64,000 nt of DNA from the IMG/VR virus record IMGVR_UViG_3300047557_002769, positions 1 through 64,000 of that record; one strand, 5' to 3'. A program made the translations under genes and the position numbers. Below are positions 30,438 through 40,956 of this stretch, piece by piece; the stretch's first letter is position 1, and every line of letters begins with the position of its first letter. Origin of the DNA: a virus. The notes beneath the pieces are model-generated. The model saw only the letters and a list, made by a program, of their open reading frames with translations. It was not told where the DNA came from and did no database searches.

Positions 30438-32266
30438 GCTACACTAACAAGATTTACTCTTACACCTTCGATAGCACTTGTAAAGAAGTTTTCAGCGCTC
30501 TCATCTAAAACTAGTAGTTGATTTTTTCCTACTGTAATATCATAAGAACTCTTTTGCAGTTCAGTGTAGACTTTAATGTCGCTCGCCCCTGCAGGGTAAC
30601 CAATAGGGGTAATCGTCGAAATAGTTACCTCACCGGTAGCATAGTTTACTGTGCCTACATTTTGTATAGTGGTACCGGTTGTAGAATTGTAAAGCTGAAT
30701 ATCCCCTGTACCGCTGTAGTTAGGAGGCATATCAACAGGTACATCTCTCAAACGAGCAGTAACAGTGCTACCTGCAACTGTTACAAAGAAACTAGTACTT
30801 TGTAGTGTAGCCGGGTGTAGTTTATTTGCAAATTTTAAATCAAAATTATTCGATGTATTTAAGGAAGGAGAGATTCTCTGGTTAAGCGTAATCTCTATAA
30901 CACAGCTTAGTATAGAGGGATTAGCTGCTAAGATTGCTGCCTGTAGCTGCGAGTAGTAGAACTTGCTATTAAATCTTTGAAGGTTCTGATCAAAGAAATC
31001 CGATATAGCTTGTTTAACAGCAGCCTCCACACCAGCTCTCGTTGTCGTTGTGGTGAGCGGGTTGTATTTTATTTCAACATCAAAATTTACATAAACAAAT
31101 TCTGGGTCTACGAAAATAGGCTCTACCGTTAACATCGTTCTGTCAGCCAAAACGGTGTTAATAATAAAGTTCTTATCTGTATCAGTAATAATATAACCGT
31201 TCGTTGGCTTTAAAGAGATAAACACCCTACCGTAAGCAGGGGGATTATTTTCTTCTCCACCCCATACATTTATTGATTCAGCCTGTGTAAAGTTCTGCTG
31301 AATAAGCGTAGCGTAATCCGATACAGTTACTGCTCTATTTTGCGAAGCATAAAACTTAGGTGCATAGAATTTTAAAGAGGTAATATCTTCTTTACCTGCG
31401 CCACCGGTAGAGTTAGACTCAGTTGTAATTGAAATGTTAGAGCTTCCACCGATCGCCGTACCAGAGGTAAAATTCTGCTGAATTGTTGAAGAGACATTAC
31501 ATGCTTCACCGTTAGTAGCAATGTATTGAACTCGAATAATGTTACCAGCGGTTAATTTCTTTCCAATTACACCATCGCCAAAGTATATCTCAAAGCGCTC
31601 TTGCGCGCTTTCTTGCAGGAAATAGACTGTAGATGTTCCATCTAACCCTGCAATGTCATCAGCAAGAGTATAAACTGTTGTGCTAACATTAGTTGCAGAT
31701 TCTTGCACTGTCACTGTTATAGTCGATGTGTCAATGTTTTGATTAGGGATCTGAAACAGCTCTCCAGGTCCTGGATTAGCTGAAACAAAACTAAACTCAA
31801 ACGCTTGGCCTTCAAACACATCTACATCTGAGAATGTGTAAGTATTATTTGTTGGAGATGTAGTGTACTCTCTTGTTGTAAGAAAGGTATAGCTTGTACC
31901 GTTAATATTAGTTGTAAACGGGCTGTAGATAGGTAGGTTAAGTGTAGATGGTGAGCCTGTCGGGTTCAGCACATCAATAGTTAAGCGCGCTCTCGCACCT
32001 CTAGCTGATCTCGGTGTATAGCCTAGATGCTTAGATAAGGAAACTGCTGATGATCTCTTAACAGCGGAATCCAAAAACATCTCATTAACAAGCATGTTAG
32101 CGAGATATGCGTTATAGTGAGTATTGTAAGCAAGTAAGTCAATAAGAACAGATAGACCTGATCCTTCAAAATCATAGTCAGAAAATTCACTCTGATTGTT
32201 GAGAAATGCTTTTAAGTTTGCCTTGATTTCATCGAAATCAAGTTCTGCTATTCTTAGATTAGCCAT
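30434..32266 (-). CDS. gp6: Baseplate wedge subunit gp6
   Basis: LDFDEIK...FSDYDFEGSGL...LAYNTHYNA, QNRAVT..DY, WGGE. Confidence 0.95.
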   Translation of the reverse strand: MANLRIAELDFDEIKANLKAFLNNQSEFSDYDFEGSGLSVLIDLLAYNTHYNAYLANMLVNEMFLDSAVKRSSAVSLSKHLGYTPRSARGARARLTIDVLNPTGSPSTLNLPIYSPFTTNINGTSYTFLTTREYTTSPTNNTYTFSDVDVFEGQAFEFSFVSANPGPGELFQIPNQNIDTSTITVTVQESATNVSTTVYTLADDIAGLDGTSTVYFLQESAQERFEIYFGDGVIGKKLTAGNIIRVQYIATNGEACNVSSTIQQNFTSGTAIGGSSNISITTESNSTGGAGKEDITSLKFYAPKFYASQNRAVTVSDYATLIQQNFTQAESINVWGGEENNPPAYGRVFISLKPTNGYIITDTDKNFIINTVLADRTMLTVEPIFVDPEFVYVNFDVEIKYNPLTTTTTRAGVEAAVKQAISDFFDQNLQRFNSKFYYSQLQAAILAANPSILSCVIEITLNQRISPSLNTSNNFDLKFANKLHPATLQSTSFFVTVAGSTVTARLRDVPVDMPPNYSGTGDIQLYNSTTGTTIQNVGTVNYATGEVTISTITPIGYPAGASDIKVYTELQKSSYDITVGKNQLLVLDESAENFFTSAIEGVRVNLVSVA

Positions 32267-32273
32267 CTTATTC

Positions 32274-32666
32274 TTATCTTATTCTGCTTAAAGCAGTTGT
32301 TACAGTAATTGGTTTTTCGGAGTTAACAATTCTAAAATATACATCAACTGCAATACTGTTTTGATCTGGGGTTTCTCTAATTACTACATCATCGACAACA
32401 ACTCTTGGTTCGAATTTTTCAATTACCTGAAAAATCGTCTTTTTCATTATCTGCGTTGTTACTGGTGTAAAGTTCTCAAATAAAAGAGAGAAAATCTGAC
32501 ATCCGATCTCAGGATGAAATGGTCTTTCGTAGTTTCTTGTCGAAATTAAATTACGAACTGATGCCTTGACAGCTTCTTCGTCAAACTTTTTTGTTAGATC
32601 TGCTGTAGCAGGATTAATGCTAAACAGTAGATTAATATCTGAAAATTGTCTGGTTGTTCGTGCCAT
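32274..32666 (-). CDS. gp25: Baseplate wedge subunit gp25
   Basis: SDINL, AVKASVRNL, ERPFHPEIG, FEPRV. Confidence 0.93.
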   Translation of the reverse strand: MARTTRQFSDINLLFSINPATADLTKKFDEEAVKASVRNLISTRNYERPFHPEIGCQIFSLLFENFTPVTTQIMKKTIFQVIEKFEPRVVVDDVVIRETPDQNSIAVDVYFRIVNSEKPITVTTALSRIR

Positions 32667-32671
32667 TTAAT

Positions 32672-32679
32672 TATTTATC
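32672..32679 (-). promoter_or_regulatory. Late promoter variant GATAAATA, 5 nt before the gp25 ATG
   Basis: Sequence match and spacing. Confidence 0.55.
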
Positions 32680-32681
32680 TG

Positions 32682-34889
32682 TTAGAGAGGTAGCAGGTAC
32701 GCGATAGAGTTACTATATTTCTGATGATTCCAGAACGTCATCGCTTGACCTCTGTTACCGCTTGACTTAAGAGTTATGTGAATCCATGGCGTATTACTGT
32801 AGCTGGTATAATGTAGTATAAAAGTATCGTAAGCTACAATGTCTGCTATAATTTTAGCAATGTAGTATACTTCATCAGGACATTTACCTTTAAACTGAAT
32901 ATCAATAGCCTGACCAGTGTAGTGTAGAGAATTAGGTGTGCAGTTCTCTCTCTTTCTATATCCGCTTGCAACTTGACATGTTGGAAACGAGTTATAGATA
33001 GGTTCTAATACATTGATCGCAAGTAAATGAAGATTATATACGATAGTACCAAATGAATATTCTGTTGTTGGTGTAATCTCTTCTTTTGTTATGGTAGCTT
33101 TAGTTGATAACTTTTCAATGTTAAAATTAGGGGAAAGATAAAAGTTTTCCGGAAGTGCTGTTGCGCTAAGTAAGCTTGTCTTACCAGTTGATATAGATGT
33201 TTTACCCGAAACACTTGTGCTTTCTACTAATCTAGGAGCGCGCTCAAAATTAGCTAAACTAGAGAGACCGGATTTAGTAATTGTATCTTTATGGTCGCTA
33301 TAGGTTTGAGATGATTCATCCGGCTCACAAAGCTTCATTGCATAGTTGTCTGCAATGTTCAAGAAGTTTGGATCACAAATAGGATCTACAACTACATCCT
33401 TTCTGCCTGACATTACCCCTATGTTAGATGGACTAGCTTGCTGCAGCTCCTGATTAGGTTGAGAAAGACCGGAGTTAAAGTGAATCTCTCCACTATCCCC
33501 AGTTATTAAATCACCACTTAGTAAATGAATGGTTTTTTCTGACTGAATATAGTTATCAACTGTATATGTGTTGATTCTTGTGTTACTTTTTATATCTGTA
33601 TATTCAGAACTATGGAGGTTTAGATTCACACCTGTTTTTACATTACCGCTATAATATGCTTCTATGTTGACGTTACCACTGGTAATGTTTACCTCTTCTA
33701 CCGCAGATAAGTTCATTTTACCACCAGCCATGGCAGTAATATCATTATGACATGTAATGTTAGTATTACCTTCTACTTCAATATTAGCATCTTGACCCAC
33801 AAAAATATTACATGCACCATTTACTGAGATCTCTGCATTACCTGTAATAGCTATTTTACCGTTCTTGTCAATAATCTCATAAGATGACCCTTTAGTTCTC
33901 TTAACCACTGAACCGTTGGCATCTATCTCTATGAAAGTACCTGAACGATGCCATACGTGCAGTCTTTCGGAACCAGAAGTATCATCTATTTCAATTACAT
34001 GGCCAGATTCTGTTTGCGTTACTTTATTATACGGGTATTCTGCTCTGTAAGGAGAAAGAGGCTGGTCCCAGGCTTCTCCTCCAGGTAGCTTGGCACCTAC
34101 CATTCTATCCCGATTCTTCTCCATTACGATAGTACCGGCTACATCACCGGTGGCTAATTTATTCGTCTCTGTTCGGCCTTCGTATTCTTCCGATGGATAT
34201 TTTGCAACCGGGTCAATAAAGCCTTCTGTATTAGTAATAAGCTTTGCTTTATTATCTTCGTTATTGACGTCGAATGATGTTGCTTCTCTAAGATACTTGT
34301 CTGATGTTGTAGATGCAAAAGCTTCGTCGGTTTTTTCTAAAGATTCTTCTGAACTAAAGCCTGTAATTAGATTATTAAAATTATCACTTACCCCGGGTAT
34401 CTTTGCAGTAGAAGGAAACAGGCCAGAAGAAAAATTATTTAAGGCTGTACTAGCAATATTATTAAGGGTGCTGCTTAAACCAGTACTTAGCGAAGCTTCT
34501 AGATTGTTAAAGTTTAATAAGGCTGCAGCTGAAGGGGGAAGAGCTGTTCTAATAGTATTACCGATGCTATTAACAAGATTATTACTAACCTGGGGTACAG
34601 TACCTCCAACCACACTATTGGTAAGTAAGTTGCTAATATCTCGACTGTTAAGATTACTGCCAACAATATCAACAGGATTGACCGGCCCAATGGCGCTAGA
34701 GGGAATATTATTAACTTGGGAATTAGCATCAGTTACTACTTTATTGATAGTAGTAGCCGCTGTATTGTTAATAATAGGAGCTAAGAGATTATTAAACGCC
34801 CCAGGTGGTAAATTAATATTGTTATTTTTAAGCTGAGTATTTACCGCGTCCAGAAGTGCTTGCTGCGCTGCTTGTGTATTAGAATTCAT
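32682..34889 (-). CDS. gp5 C-terminal part (beta-helix spike) fused to an M15-type peptidase
   Basis: YPYNKVTQTESGHVIEIDDT..ERL..HRSGTFIEI (gp5 core); C-terminal SGYR...H..GQAIDI...WIHI (peptidase M15 Zn motif). Confidence 0.82.
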   Translation of the reverse strand: MNSNTQAAQQALLDAVNTQLKNNNINLPPGAFNNLLAPIINNTAATTINKVVTDANSQVNNIPSSAIGPVNPVDIVGSNLNSRDISNLLTNSVVGGTVPQVSNNLVNSIGNTIRTALPPSAAALLNFNNLEASLSTGLSSTLNNIASTALNNFSSGLFPSTAKIPGVSDNFNNLITGFSSEESLEKTDEAFASTTSDKYLREATSFDVNNEDNKAKLITNTEGFIDPVAKYPSEEYEGRTETNKLATGDVAGTIVMEKNRDRMVGAKLPGGEAWDQPLSPYRAEYPYNKVTQTESGHVIEIDDTSGSERLHVWHRSGTFIEIDANGSVVKRTKGSSYEIIDKNGKIAITGNAEISVNGACNIFVGQDANIEVEGNTNITCHNDITAMAGGKMNLSAVEEVNITSGNVNIEAYYSGNVKTGVNLNLHSSEYTDIKSNTRINTYTVDNYIQSEKTIHLLSGDLITGDSGEIHFNSGLSQPNQELQQASPSNIGVMSGRKDVVVDPICDPNFLNIADNYAMKLCEPDESSQTYSDHKDTITKSGLSSLANFERAPRLVESTSVSGKTSISTGKTSLLSATALPENFYLSPNFNIEKLSTKATITKEEITPTTEYSFGTIVYNLHLLAINVLEPIYNSFPTCQVASGYRKRENCTPNSLHYTGQAIDIQFKGKCPDEVYYIAKIIADIVAYDTFILHYTSYSNTPWIHITLKSSGNRGQAMTFWNHQKYSNSIAYLLPL

Positions 34890-34890
34890 G

Positions 34891-36003
34891 TTATGCTCTA
34901 GCTAATTGTAATAAATCGTTTTTCTCAGATTCAAATCTACTCCTCACACCAGCTCTAATTCCTTCTGAACTTGATTTAAAAAATGTATTCACATTGTCAA
35001 TTTTATACTGACTTACCAGTAAGATAATATCTTTATCAGTTAACTCACTCTTACCTAATAGAGGTGTAGTAAATATCGATGTTCTAGCAGGGCCAAACTG
35101 CACGGCAGTCGACCAGATCAAATCTTGCACACCCGGGCCGTATTTAGATAGATCTAAACCAGCACGCTGTAGGTTAGCGATCATTACATCATAGTACTTT
35201 CTTTGTACATAATCATGCTGATCCTTCTTGAATTCAGCTGAATTAGAAGAAGCAATACTTCTCCATTTAGAGTCGAACTCTGAGGTAGCTGGTACAAGAC
35301 CGTCAAACTGATCTCTAAACTTAGAATTAGCAATATATTGCTGTACAGGTGAATTATTGCTGTTAGGTCTTGCCTTATCACCCTTCATAAACTTAGGTAA
35401 GAATGAAGCGAATTGATAAGAACCGTATGAAGCGCCGCCTAAATCACCAGCAGCAGCTCCGTTGTAATCGTTAATAGTACCTGGGCCTTTACCACCTGTC
35501 TCATATTTTTCTGACGTCTTACCCAGCTCCCAACCCGGTACAGGTGGTATACCGGTTTGAATTGGCTGACCTTGACTATCTGTTACCGGTGCACCTTGGC
35601 TGTCTCTCAGAACACTGGTAGCAGCAGGATTCTCAACAATTGGTTTTTCAGGTGGGGTAGTAAACACGGGGGCTTTTTCCCCTGTTGTTGTCTCACCAAT
35701 TTTCGTTGAAATGCAACCGAAGTATGTTGGCTGCTGCATATCTGCGCCATCGAGAAAGAAACCAACAACCCATGTACCTTCGATAGGCCCTAATGGAGAG
35801 GAACCCACACCTGATAGAGCTGCCGAGGTTGATGGATGAATAGGAATAGCCCAAGGTAGATCTTTTGTTGGTAAGAGTACCTTGCTCTCTGAGTGATAGC
35901 CAAAGATACGAACCTTACAACGACCCATCTTTTCAGGGTCGCGACGATCTTCTACTACACCTATCCACCAGATAAAACCGTCTTTGTTAAATATTCTCTG
36001 CAT
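34891..36003 (-). CDS. gp5: gp5 N-terminal OB-fold fused to a lysozyme-like domain
   Basis: WWIGVVEDRRDP..GRCKVRI.G.H, LPWA, GTWVVGFFLDG; C-terminal YE...GGASYGSYQF...WSTAVQFG. Confidence 0.88.
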   Translation of the reverse strand: MQRIFNKDGFIWWIGVVEDRRDPEKMGRCKVRIFGYHSESKVLLPTKDLPWAIPIHPSTSAALSGVGSSPLGPIEGTWVVGFFLDGADMQQPTYFGCISTKIGETTTGEKAPVFTTPPEKPIVENPAATSVLRDSQGAPVTDSQGQPIQTGIPPVPGWELGKTSEKYETGGKGPGTINDYNGAAAGDLGGASYGSYQFASFLPKFMKGDKARPNSNNSPVQQYIANSKFRDQFDGLVPATSEFDSKWRSIASSNSAEFKKDQHDYVQRKYYDVMIANLQRAGLDLSKYGPGVQDLIWSTAVQFGPARTSIFTTPLLGKSELTDKDIILLVSQYKIDNVNTFFKSSSEGIRAGVRSRFESEKNDLLQLARA

Positions 36004-36004
36004 A

Positions 36005-37357
36005 TTATTCTTCCAACGTCAATGAATCTTTAACCAGTTCCATAACCATGGTATGTTCATTCTTATTAATTTTATGTCTTATAGCTGTAATTAAATAGTA
36101 ACCTGAATAGAGCAGGTCTTCTTTTCTCTGTGTCTTGTCTTTTTCGCTGGCAGCACCGAGTGTGGGGTATGTAAAGTATAGAATACGACCGACCTGAACA
36201 TCAGTACGACCTGGTACTGTAATAACCATTCGTAGGTTGGTAAGATCTAATAGACTGGATTTTCTATTTCCGTAAATGTCTTTTATTCTCTCGTTGACAT
36301 TATTTTTAAAATTGTCGAAAAGCTTTTCATTAACAGGATAGAAGGAAATATCAGTAGCTGCATTTCTCAGTGTATCTTTTGTAAAGATAGGTATTGATCT
36401 TTTACCTTCACCGGACGAGTGAAATTGTTTCTCGTATTCATTTACATAGTCATAATCTACAACTTCATATACCTTATTATACACATCTAGTGTAATGAGT
36501 CTATTTGCAAGATAGCCGTTAGTGTAATTCTTTACATGATCAGTTGTGTCGATCATCTCTATATCTTTAGCAATAAAGTACTCACGTGAGATATTCGGTG
36601 TGTTCGCACCATCTCTAATATTAGAAGCTGCGATAGAATATGTACCTATTGAAAGATCGTTCTCTTTAGATTCTTTAAAGATATAGTCTACGGAACCGAA
36701 ATAGAAAGCTTTTGTTGATTCAAAGAAAAGATAGTTTTTAGCAGTACCTTCTTTTGGTATAGCTTTTGATGCCAACCATGAAATACACTTAAATGGCGAC
36801 CAGCCCGGAGATACAAATTTGACTTTATTCTCAGTAGGATTTAAAACAACCAGCGGTGTGACTTGTTCTATTTCTTTTACTTTTGTAGCTGCCTGGTCGA
36901 TTTGGAAAGTACGGTTGGTGTTAATAAAATCTTCGTAAATTCGGCCTGCTACTTCGTGAACTGTGCCTTCGAAAGGAAGGAATAAAGGTAACAAAATATC
37001 ATAGAATAACTCGATAGATGCAAAATGCATCACGAACGTCTGAGTATTATTATCTCTTATAATATTTCTATCTGAGATTTTAAAAATACGGAAAGTTTTT
37101 TGAATCTTAGAATCGAAAGAAGGAGTTTTTATTCGTAGTATTAAGAGTTCTTCACCGACAATTTTTGCCTTTTCAATTAAGTTTAAACTATCAGATACAA
37201 CAATATTACCTTGAAGAAATGTAGAGAACATATCTTCAAAAATGTTTACTTCGACTAAGAACTCTGTTAAGTCGAAGACAATATTATCTGTGCTAATTAA
37301 TTTAAGCTCTTCAATGACAACGTCACCAGCGCGCTGTATACCTTCTTTACTGGGCAT
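36005..37357 (-). CDS. Baseplate hub/tail protein
   Basis: IFEDMF..FLQG..V.DS..L, YLFFE, VPG, YSGYYLITAIRH; between gp53 and gp5. Confidence 0.75.
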   Translation of the reverse strand: MPSKEGIQRAGDVVIEELKLISTDNIVFDLTEFLVEVNIFEDMFSTFLQGNIVVSDSLNLIEKAKIVGEELLILRIKTPSFDSKIQKTFRIFKISDRNIIRDNNTQTFVMHFASIELFYDILLPLFLPFEGTVHEVAGRIYEDFINTNRTFQIDQAATKVKEIEQVTPLVVLNPTENKVKFVSPGWSPFKCISWLASKAIPKEGTAKNYLFFESTKAFYFGSVDYIFKESKENDLSIGTYSIAASNIRDGANTPNISREYFIAKDIEMIDTTDHVKNYTNGYLANRLITLDVYNKVYEVVDYDYVNEYEKQFHSSGEGKRSIPIFTKDTLRNAATDISFYPVNEKLFDNFKNNVNERIKDIYGNRKSSLLDLTNLRMVITVPGRTDVQVGRILYFTYPTLGAASEKDKTQRKEDLLYSGYYLITAIRHKINKNEHTMVMELVKDSLTLEE

Positions 37358-38060
37358 TTACTTGCTCTAAAATATTTTTTAATTCGGTAATCACTGCTTG
37401 CACGTACTGTGGTTTAAGTACTTTAATTCTTCTTCTCGATTCATTTTGTTCATCTTCGTAAACCATATTTGTAACTGCAGTAATACCTGGGATGGTTTGG
37501 CTTTGAATAATATTAGCTGTAATGGATGAATTACTTAATAACCGTACTTGATCACCAGTTCCAAATCCGCCAGCTGTTACAACAACATTAACATTAGAAG
37601 AGCTTATCTTGGTCGTTATGTATCCTGTACCAGTATTAGTATTATTCACGATTACATCACCGGCGTTAAAATTAGTAAAGCCAGATGTCGAGTTTAAGTA
37701 CACATTACCATTAACTTCGTTAAGTGTTGTATCGTTTATGTAGTGATGTATTGCATCACGATCAGCATACTTACCGTCAGTATAAAGAGTAAGATCGTTA
37801 GTCGATAAGACCCAATCAAAACGGGGATCGAGTATTTCGTTTAAGTGCAAAATAATCCAATGAAGTTCGGGATTATTATAAAATTTATCGGCCACTATCT
37901 CAGGTGTATCACCATCTCTTACATCATACTCATCGTAAATAGATAAATTGTTTTTAATTTCCTGATCGATAACAATTCTTACTAGAATGTTCTTAACTAG
38001 CTGAGTCGTTTCTCTATCATCTAATGAATAGAGAGTATAAGGAAAGTTGGTGAAGTACAT
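37347..38060 (-). CDS. gp53: Baseplate wedge gp53
   Basis: YF.NFP, Y.VRDGDTPEIVA.KFY...HWIIL, YE..NE.RRRIKVLKP. Confidence 0.9.
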   Translation of the reverse strand: MYFTNFPYTLYSLDDRETTQLVKNILVRIVIDQEIKNNLSIYDEYDVRDGDTPEIVADKFYNNPELHWIILHLNEILDPRFDWVLSTNDLTLYTDGKYADRDAIHHYINDTTLNEVNGNVYLNSTSGFTNFNAGDVIVNNTNTGTGYITTKISSSNVNVVVTAGGFGTGDQVRLLSNSSITANIIQSQTIPGITAVTNMVYEDEQNESRRRIKVLKPQYVQAVITELKNILEQVNAQ

Positions 38061-39175
38061 TAGTAACCTTCCTTAATCATTTTCTTGGTAAGGATCTCGG
38101 TCTCTCTAAATGTTAGAGATAAATTAATTTCGGTTGGCTCTCCACCTCTAAACGAAGAAAACTGCTCACCACCATACGATACATCCATGCTTTCAAGCAC
38201 ACAGGAAGCCATCTTATGAAAATAAGTATTTTTCTCAGTACCATAATAATAGGTAATTTGAAATTCTGACGGATAGATAAAGAACAGCTTACCTTCAGAA
38301 ATTTCCGGGTGCATGTGAAACTTAAATAACTCGATTATACTCTTTACCTGTCTAACTTCTTCAGGGCTTTTAGGTAGAAATTTATACTTAAAAGCAAAAG
38401 CTCTAAAATCTACTGATTCAAATAATACTTCTTTAAACGGGTTGAGTGCTACTTTTGCGCTTGCGCCGACCAGGGCAGCTGCATCAACAGAACCAAAAGC
38501 TGATGGAATTTTAGCTAGCGCAAGGCCAGTTGCAGTCGCTGCTTCACCTGTAGTCTTTCCCGTGACAATACCTGCGGCGTTTGCTAGAATACCTGCAAAA
38601 GTACCCAGTTCTTTATTGGCATAATTCATACCGTATTTAACGGTAGGCGGACCATCCATGTATAGCGCAATTACATCCGATATACGAAATAATGTATCTG
38701 GTTTGAGTAAGGTGCTTGCATTTACTACAGTAGCTGCTGCAGCTGCACCTGCTGCCGCTCCGATGACGTTCACTGTTGTGCTTTGTTGTCTGTTGCCTGT
38801 GGAAGTAGGCGCACCACCAGTTCTACCAAATAGACCTTGAATTTTCTTTGTAATACCGTATCCGATTGCAGCCCCAGCCAGCCCTGCACCGGTAGTTACT
38901 GCTGTTTGTAGTTCTTTTTCTGTTAAGCTGGCATCTGACTGTCTTTTTACCTCAAACAGTCTTGCATCTTTGTTAAACTCAGACTTACCTCTCACATTGA
39001 TTTGAAACTCAACATAATGCTTAAGGTCTGAGCCGCCAAGGTCGGACGGGTAAACCAAAGTATTAATGTTGAACTTATTGTCTGCTGGACTAGATGACTG
39101 CTTGGCGCTATCGTTTCTAATAGCATCTTTGTATAGCGCAGTTAATCTATCTCTTGCGTCTTCTTGAATAGGCAT
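38060..39175 (-). CDS. gp48: Baseplate tail-tube cap gp48-like
   Basis: NPFKEVLFESVDFRAFAFKYKFLPKS..E, YPSEFQI, LTFRETEILT. Confidence 0.85.
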   Translation of the reverse strand: MPIQEDARDRLTALYKDAIRNDSAKQSSSPADNKFNINTLVYPSDLGGSDLKHYVEFQINVRGKSEFNKDARLFEVKRQSDASLTEKELQTAVTTGAGLAGAAIGYGITKKIQGLFGRTGGAPTSTGNRQQSTTVNVIGAAAGAAAAATVVNASTLLKPDTLFRISDVIALYMDGPPTVKYGMNYANKELGTFAGILANAAGIVTGKTTGEAATATGLALAKIPSAFGSVDAAALVGASAKVALNPFKEVLFESVDFRAFAFKYKFLPKSPEEVRQVKSIIELFKFHMHPEISEGKLFFIYPSEFQITYYYGTEKNTYFHKMASCVLESMDVSYGGEQFSSFRGGEPTEINLSLTFRETEILTKKMIKEGY

Positions 39176-39181
39176 CTTCTT

Positions 39182-39211
39182 AATAAATAGATGAGAGATT
39201 ATTTATTTATA
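39182..39211. promoter_or_regulatory. Divergent, face-to-face late promoters
   Basis: TATAAATA on minus (39204-39211) and AATAAATA on plus (39182-39189) at the strand switch. Confidence 0.65.
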
Positions 39212-39212
39212 C

Positions 39213-39659
39213 GTGATGTACAAAGGCTTCTACAAAGGTAAATACAAGGTACAATCCCCTTCAAAATATAAAGGCGACTTACAAAATATCGTCTATAGAT
39301 CCTCATGGGAGCTAAAATTTATGAAGTGGTGTGATACTAATCCTTCTGTTCTCGAATGGGGCTCAGAATCGGTGATTATTCCATATAAAAGCCCAGTCGA
39401 TAGTAGGGTGCATCGATATTTTGTCGATTTTTATGTTAAAGTAAAAGATAAAAATAATAAGATAACGAAGTACCTAATTGAAATCAAACCGGAAAAATTT
39501 ACTAAGCCCCCTGAAATACCGCAGCGAAAGACCAGAAGATTTATTGAGGAGGTATTTCAGTATGGTGTTAATCAAGCAAAATGGAAAGCCGCTAACGAGT
39601 TTTGCGAAGACCGAGGTATGAAGTTTCTCGTTCTAACAGAGTCAGATCTCGGTATTTAA
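39213..39659 (+). CDS. gp4: Head completion protein gp4
   Basis: KY.GD...YRSSWE..FM.WCD, HRYFVDF, IEIKP, NQAKW. Confidence 0.93.
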   Translation: MMYKGFYKGKYKVQSPSKYKGDLQNIVYRSSWELKFMKWCDTNPSVLEWGSESVIIPYKSPVDSRVHRYFVDFYVKVKDKNNKITKYLIEIKPEKFTKPPEIPQRKTRRFIEEVFQYGVNQAKWKAANEFCEDRGMKFLVLTESDLGI

Positions 39660-39663
39660 CCGG

Positions 39664-39671
39664 GATAAATA
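39664..39671 (+). promoter_or_regulatory. Late promoter variant GATAAATA
   Basis: 4 nt before the gp2 ATG. Confidence 0.55.
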
Positions 39672-39675
39672 ACTG

Positions 39676-40233
39676 ATGGCAACTAGTCCCTTCGAAAAGA
39701 TAAGAGCAAGCGCCGGAGATACTGAAAGATCAGTTAATTGGTATCAGCAGCAGATAAAAAAGATTTCCGGTCTTACTCCTAACAACCTAATAAGATCAGG
39801 TACGCTTGTAACCAAGGTAACCCCTGGGCATATGTACATGTTTTTTTATGACGCAAAACATAAAGATAAGCTACCTTATTGGGATATGTTTCCATTGGTA
39901 TTTCCGTTTAGAGCTGTAGAGGGTGGTTTTCTCGGTATTAACCTCCACTACATGCCTTATCTAATAAGAGCTAAGTTGCTGGGTAGATTGCATGAATATG
40001 TGAGTGACGATAGGATAGATGAGAATAGAAGGCTTCAAATCAGCTGGAATATGCTCAATAATTTTTCAACAGTAGCTCCTATTAAAAATTCGGTTAAGCA
40101 TTATCTTAACGAACATATTCAATCAAAGTTTGTTCACATACAGCATGAAGATTGGCTTATTGCTTCTCAACTACCCGTAGAACGGTTTGTTGGTGCAAAT
40201 AAGACAGATGTATGGAAGAACAGTCAAAGGTAA
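39676..40233 (+). CDS. gp2: DNA end protector gp2
   Basis: YDAKHKDKLPYWDMFPLV, GINLHY, KHYL. Confidence 0.92.
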   Translation: MATSPFEKIRASAGDTERSVNWYQQQIKKISGLTPNNLIRSGTLVTKVTPGHMYMFFYDAKHKDKLPYWDMFPLVFPFRAVEGGFLGINLHYMPYLIRAKLLGRLHEYVSDDRIDENRRLQISWNMLNNFSTVAPIKNSVKHYLNEHIQSKFVHIQHEDWLIASQLPVERFVGANKTDVWKNSQR

Positions 40234-40236
40234 CAA

Positions 40237-40947
40237 ATGTCAAGCTCACAGTTCAGTGTAGACAATTTTAGAACTGAGGTTTTAAGAACTTCTAGATTAG
40301 CCCGTACTAATAGATTTGAAGTGTTTATTAACACACAATTTCTAGCAGGCGGAGGAAGAGGTGTTACCGGTGATCAATCAAGTCTTGTAAGTTTGTATGT
40401 TGAACAGGCAAGCATACCGCTACTTAATATTGCTACTAAGGCATTTAAGATCTTCGGTCCAAGTTATCAACGCCCTATTACTTCGGAGTACGGTGGTGAA
40501 GGTATTTCACTAACATTTCATGTCGATGAGGATATGAAAGTTAGAAAGTTTTTTGAGAACTGGATGCATAGAATTATTGATCCAGAGACGTTTACAGTTG
40601 CTTATCAATCGGAGTATACTACTACGATTAACATAAGACAGCTTGACGATAAGAATAATGTAACGCATGAGATTCAACTGTTAGAGGCGTTTCCTAGAAA
40701 TATGAATATTATGGAATTAAATAATGCTTCTTCAAATCAAACTCATAGACTAAATGTTCTGTTCGCTTATAGGTATTGGAGAGATATTAATGCTACTTCT
40801 ACCCAACCTGAAGTAATACCTAGACAGTTTACTAGCCCACAAATACCTAGAAGCGATTTTTCAACAACACCTATTTTCAGACAGTTTAACCCATTAACAG
40901 GGGAATTAGGAGTAGATCAGGGTAGTGATCTGCCGCTTGGTCCTTAA
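40237..40947 (+). CDS. Tail tube initiator gp54/gp19-like
   Basis: LARTNRFEV, RKFFENW, L.EAFP, V.FAYRYW. Confidence 0.8.
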   Translation: MSSSQFSVDNFRTEVLRTSRLARTNRFEVFINTQFLAGGGRGVTGDQSSLVSLYVEQASIPLLNIATKAFKIFGPSYQRPITSEYGGEGISLTFHVDEDMKVRKFFENWMHRIIDPETFTVAYQSEYTTTINIRQLDDKNNVTHEIQLLEAFPRNMNIMELNNASSNQTHRLNVLFAYRYWRDINATSTQPEVIPRQFTSPQIPRSDFSTTPIFRQFNPLTGELGVDQGSDLPLGP

Positions 40948-40956
40948 GGAGATATT

